A DNA stretch of 28,369 nucleotides from a virus (Duplodnaviria > Caudoviricetes): the IMG/VR virus record IMGVR_UViG_3300020045_011929, positions 1-28,369 of that record; one strand, written 5' to 3'. The notes below the pieces were generated by a model. It was not told where the DNA came from. It did not search any database and saw nothing but the letters and a program-made list of their open reading frames with translations. Shown piece by piece: positions 25,011 through 28,369 of the stretch. Numbering within the stretch: the stretch's first letter is position 1; each line of letters opens with the position of its first letter. The position numbers and the translations under genes were made by a program.

Positions 25011-25307
25011 ATGGAAAAACTTACAGATTTTAACGGAATATTTTTGTATTTCGTATTTTTACTAATCGTTATTTTTGGACTCCTAAAATGGATTATCGAT
25101 TTATTGGAATCGATTAAAGAGCTTAAAACCAAGAATGTTAGGTTGAATTTCGCTCATAACTTTGAAGCTAAAGAGTATTTGAAACTTCAAAAAGAATTCG
25201 AGGTAATTTCTGATTTATTAGATAAGGTTACTGAAAAAAATGTGGAATTAAAAAAACTACTCAAGACCCAAGAAGAAATTATTAACGATTTATCAAAAAC
25301 CGATTGA
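25011..25307 (+). CDS. Membrane-anchored coiled-coil protein
   Basis: N-terminal hydrophobic helix followed by heptad repeats. Confidence 0.65.
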   Translation: MEKLTDFNGIFLYFVFLLIVIFGLLKWIIDLLESIKELKTKNVRLNFAHNFEAKEYLKLQKEFEVISDLLDKVTEKNVELKKLLKTQEEIINDLSKTD

Positions 25308-25309
25308 TT

Positions 25310-25480
25310 ATGGAATTCAAGATAAAAAACGGTCGGTGGGTAATTGGAAATTTATATGATGCACTGACAGCTTCGAATTTCGATGTTTTTGTAAATTCAA
25401 GACGGGAACCAGAAAAAATACCCATCAAGACTAAACTGTCCAAAAATCACAATTATAAATTTTTAAACAAATTACAGTGA
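25310..25480 (+). CDS. 56-aa hypothetical protein (not in the ORF track)
   Basis: MEFKIKNGRWVIG...NKLQ* fills the gap, with a GTGA overlap to the next gene. Confidence 0.55.
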   Translation: MEFKIKNGRWVIGNLYDALTASNFDVFVNSRREPEKIPIKTKLSKNHNYKFLNKLQ

Positions 25481-25788
25481 AAAACATTCAGCCTTACATT
25501 ATTGCAGGCATGACGATTACTATCGTTGTGCTTTGCTTTTTTTTGTATTCAGCAAATTCAAGTGTTGAAGTTTATAAAAAACAAATCGAGTTATCAAAAC
25601 TTGAAAACAGTAAAAAAACGGTTCAAAAACAAAGTGAAGCGGTAATTTCAGAAATATCTGAAAAATCAACTAAAACCGTGAAAAACGGAAATTTATTAAT
25701 CAAAAAACTAAAATATGAAACACCTAAAATTAGCGATACTACTGGCGTTTATATGCTTGAGTATATTAGGAATTACCGCCCAGAATAG
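25477..25788 (+). CDS. Membrane-anchored coiled-coil protein, i-spanin candidate
   Basis: A single N-terminal TM segment followed by a coiled coil; overlaps the next gene by 74 nt. Confidence 0.45.
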   Translation: MKNIQPYIIAGMTITIVVLCFFLYSANSSVEVYKKQIELSKLENSKKTVQKQSEAVISEISEKSTKTVKNGNLLIKKLKYETPKISDTTGVYMLEYIRNYRPE

Positions 25789-26137
25789 AACCGAAATAAC
25801 ATCGGTTTACAAACAAGATTCTGTAAGCATTCAGAAGCCTCAGGTTAAGAATATTTACGTGGGATTGAAACAAGGCGAGGCGTACCGAGGTTATTACTTA
25901 GAATGCCTACAAATCTCAAACGAACTTAATCAAATAATAAACAATCAGGACCAGGAGTTGCAAAAATCACTAAAACAGATCACTGTTTTAAATTCTGACA
26001 CCGAGATTTTAAATCGAAAAATAATCGAATCAAATACCGAAATAAAACGGTTGGAAAATAAAAAAATACCGATATGGAAGCATCCAATTTTATATGGATT
26101 GCTTGGATTTATTGGAGGAATTTATTTAATGAAATAA
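25715..26137 (+). CDS. Signal peptide + coiled coil + C-terminal TM protein, spanin candidate
   Basis: Starts MKHLKLAILLAFICLSILG... and ends PILYGLLGFIGGIYLMK. Confidence 0.45.
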   Translation: MKHLKLAILLAFICLSILGITAQNRTEITSVYKQDSVSIQKPQVKNIYVGLKQGEAYRGYYLECLQISNELNQIINNQDQELQKSLKQITVLNSDTEILNRKIIESNTEIKRLENKKIPIWKHPILYGLLGFIGGIYLMK

Positions 26138-26148
26138 AAATAGAAATT

Positions 26149-26616
26149 ATGAAATCAGAATTAAAACATTTATCTGGGTATTTGCCTTATGAATTGAAAT
26201 TTAAAACTCCTTTAGGAATATTAGTATTGAATTTAATTTCCACAAAAAAACCAGAACTATGGTTTAAGTTCGGTTTCAACTCTAAAGATAAATCCGAAGA
26301 GTTTAATTATCAAACCGTAAAACCAATTAATTACATTGGAAAAGGTTATAATCCAAGTGAAGTAAAACCAATATTTCACCCAATTTCTGATTTATTAAAA
26401 CATTGTGACGATTTAGGATTAGTACCCATTGATTTTATAAATAAAGAATATAATTGGGATTACGTTAAGAACAATATGCGTGACATCATAAAAAATAATG
26501 ACTATTCTTTGATGGAATTCCTTCCTAAAATTGTGACAAACAAGTTGCAAGAATGGCACTTCGATATTTACGGATTAATTCCAGCAGGTTTAGCAATCGA
26601 CATTAATACTATTTAA
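26149..26616 (+). CDS. Hypothetical Bacteroidota phage protein
   Basis: Likely start MKSELKHLSGYLPY at 26149; contains KPIFHPISDL and WHFDIYGLIPAGLAID. Confidence 0.7.
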   Translation: MKSELKHLSGYLPYELKFKTPLGILVLNLISTKKPELWFKFGFNSKDKSEEFNYQTVKPINYIGKGYNPSEVKPIFHPISDLLKHCDDLGLVPIDFINKEYNWDYVKNNMRDIIKNNDYSLMEFLPKIVTNKLQEWHFDIYGLIPAGLAIDINTI

Positions 26617-26638
26617 CGAATTTGCCATTTTAAAACCA

Positions 26639-26671
26639 AAAAACCCGATATAATAAGTATCGGGGTTTTTT
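26639..26671. terminator. Bidirectional terminator
   Basis: AAAAACCCGATA-taataag-TATCGGGGTTTTTT between convergent genes. Confidence 0.8.
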
Positions 26672-26691
26672 ATTAATATGATTTTATGGAT

Positions 26692-27711
26692 TTAAAAACC
26701 ATCGTCTTCATCCTCTTTGTCTAAAGAATCCCAATCGAATTGAATTGGCTCCGGACCATCTTCGTCATCATCATTATCATTGTCAAATCTGGTATCCAAA
26801 TACAGTTCGTCATCACTATTATCATTGTTTTCTATATGTTTTTCTGAATCATCGTTACCATCGTTATCAGATGTGTTTTCATCATCTAAATCAATTACTT
26901 CTTCATCATCTAAATCAGTGTCAATTTCTTTTTCTTCATCCTGTTCTTCTGGAAATTCAAAGTCTAAAAATTCGTGAAACAAAGCTGTAATATGCTCTTT
27001 GGTGTCTATTTTTTTCATTGACATTATAACGTTTTTTAGCAATATTTCATTTTTTTCGTTTTCGGTAAAATCCCTAAATATTACAAAAATTTCATACCCG
27101 TGAACCTCAACAGCAAATTTTTTATTTACCATTTTACCGAAAGAACTAACTGCATTTCTTACAGATTGAAGGTTTGATCTATAGGATGAAAAACAGATAC
27201 TTTTATCGCCATTTAAATAAGATTCACGTATTTGTCCAATAACTCCACCGCCGATTTTTTTAGGTTTGCCACCTTTCCTGTTTGTGGCATCGAAACGGTT
27301 TTCTCTAAATTTTACATTGAGAATTAAACCTAAATTACGGTAATATTTTCGTAATTTAACATCGATATTAAGGTGTCTTGAAATGTTTTCAAAATTAGCG
27401 GTTTCTTTTAAAATTTCTTCTCCATCATAATTATCTTGGTGCAACAATGGAATAGGGCAATTATGCTTGCAATAAACCAAAGAAATAACCCCTTTTAGGT
27501 TATTAGAAAAAGAACCATCGGAAAGCTCTATAAACGAGGGTTTTCCTTCGTAAATAGCCAGAGAATCAAAATAAGCATTCAAGACGGTCACCTTTTCTAA
27601 TGTGATTTTTTTAGCCTGTTCGTTGTCGTAAATAATAAGATTTTCTCCATATTGAAGGTTTTCTAAAATATTCAAATGATTTTCGATTGTAATTTTTTTT
27701 ACATTTTTCAT
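26692..27711 (-). CDS. Hypothetical protein with long Asp/Glu-rich C-terminal tail
   Basis: 339-aa ORF whose last ~85 aa are strongly acidic; it has its own promoter and terminator. Confidence 0.75.
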   Translation of the reverse strand: MKNVKKITIENHLNILENLQYGENLIIYDNEQAKKITLEKVTVLNAYFDSLAIYEGKPSFIELSDGSFSNNLKGVISLVYCKHNCPIPLLHQDNYDGEEILKETANFENISRHLNIDVKLRKYYRNLGLILNVKFRENRFDATNRKGGKPKKIGGGVIGQIRESYLNGDKSICFSSYRSNLQSVRNAVSSFGKMVNKKFAVEVHGYEIFVIFRDFTENEKNEILLKNVIMSMKKIDTKEHITALFHEFLDFEFPEEQDEEKEIDTDLDDEEVIDLDDENTSDNDGNDDSEKHIENNDNSDDELYLDTRFDNDNDDDEDGPEPIQFDWDSLDKEDEDDGF

Positions 27712-27742
27712 TTTTGATGTGTTTTAATTAATAATAAAGAAA

Positions 27743-27750
27743 CAAATGTA
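27743..27750 (-). promoter_or_regulatory. -7 promoter element for the acidic-tail gene
   Basis: Minus-strand TACATTTG, 31 nt upstream of the ATG. Confidence 0.6.
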
Positions 27751-27898
27751 ATAAATAACAGTTAATTATCATAACATAAAATGAAGTATTTTAAAATTTA
27801 ATTATACAATAATAATAAAATTATTAAATTATAAATAATAATAATTATTCAATAATAATCAAAATAACGTAAATTACTATTTTTTTATTATGAAATTG

Positions 27899-28275
27899 AA
27901 AAAGTCCGCAAAATCCGCAAATCAATTGCGGACAAGAATAAATCACTAAAACCTTATAAACGTTGATATTTTTAACAAAATAAAAAATCCGCAATTTTTC
28001 AAGGTATAGACACATAGGGGTTAAGCAGTTTTTTATTTGTTATTATTATGTAATAATAATACTAAAAAAATAAATGAAAACAGGTCATCATATCTATATA
28101 TATTTTAATAGATTTTCATATAATATATATAAAGAAGCCTTGCTGTCATTGACTTTGTTTGTCCGCAAACTTGTCCGCAACGTATCCGCAAACGTGTTTT
28201 ATTTTGCGGACTTTTTATAAAAAAAATCATAAAACGTTAAAAATCAATGGTTTAGCAATTTCAATTTATCCGCAA
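27899..28275. repeat. TCCGCAA iteron cluster, putative replication origin
   Basis: Direct copies start at 27905, 27914, 27988, 28162, 28174, 28185 and 28269; inverted copies at 27926 and 28204. The region is non-coding and adjoins a very AT-rich tract (27720-27900). Confidence 0.75.
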
Positions 28276-28339
28276 CGAAGAATCATTCTAAATAACGCAT
28301 TAAAACAACTATTTAACTACATTTACAAAAAATATCACT

Positions 28340-28369
28340 ATGGAAATCCAAAACAAATCAATACAGGCT
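28340..28369 (+). CDS. Possible start of a gene running off the window (MEIQNKSIQA...)
   Basis: ATG after an A-rich leader and a TACATTTA near-promoter element; only 10 codons are visible. Confidence 0.3.
   Translation, partial: MEIQNKSIQA

Noticed and set aside
896-26990. Numerous 60-150 aa ORFs antisense to or nested in long genes (e.g. 896-1249, 1815-2246, 20768-21130, 23569-24012, 26745-26990)
   Set aside because: These are shadow frames of well-supported genes with no motifs or expression signals.
27899-28275. CRISPR array
   Set aside because: The repeats are 7 bp, irregularly spaced and in both orientations, and there are no cas genes.

Overview
This AT-rich window looks like part of a contractile-tailed (P2/Mu-type baseplate) phage or prophage of a Bacteroidota host, most likely Flavobacteriaceae, judging from the TAnnTTTG promoters, SD-less A-rich starts and a DUF3127 gene. 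Layout: (1) 243-12486 (+) is the tail/baseplate operon (tape measure, U, X, D, V, W, fibre-like proteins, holin-like genes, J, I, short fibre, M15 endolysin). (2) 12645-15367 (-) is a recombination module (Nmad5-like, RecT-like, DUF3127, ExoVIII-like). (3) 15478-26616 (+) is a replication module (Cro-like, SF2 helicase, HNH-like, VRR-NUC, Dam-like MTase, primase-helicase, spanin-like pair). (4) 26692-27711 (-) is an orphan with an acidic tail. (5) 27720-28280 is a putative origin with nine TCCGCAA repeats in a mirror arrangement. The most striking observation is that bases 1-~245 are inverted relative to the rest. On the minus strand they carry the end of the tail-assembly chaperone with a -1 frameshift signal, a terminator and a probable true start of the tape measure gene. 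They are joined in opposite orientation to the middle of the tape measure gene, so this is either a real inversion or an assembly/amplification chimera. Other points of note are a fibre-like protein with a signal peptide and its own promoter, a promoter-terminator-bounded sRNA candidate, a conserved operator-like box at three replication promoters, and SSB-like or clamp-binding-like C-terminal tails on many replication proteins. All family assignments come from motif recognition, not database searches.
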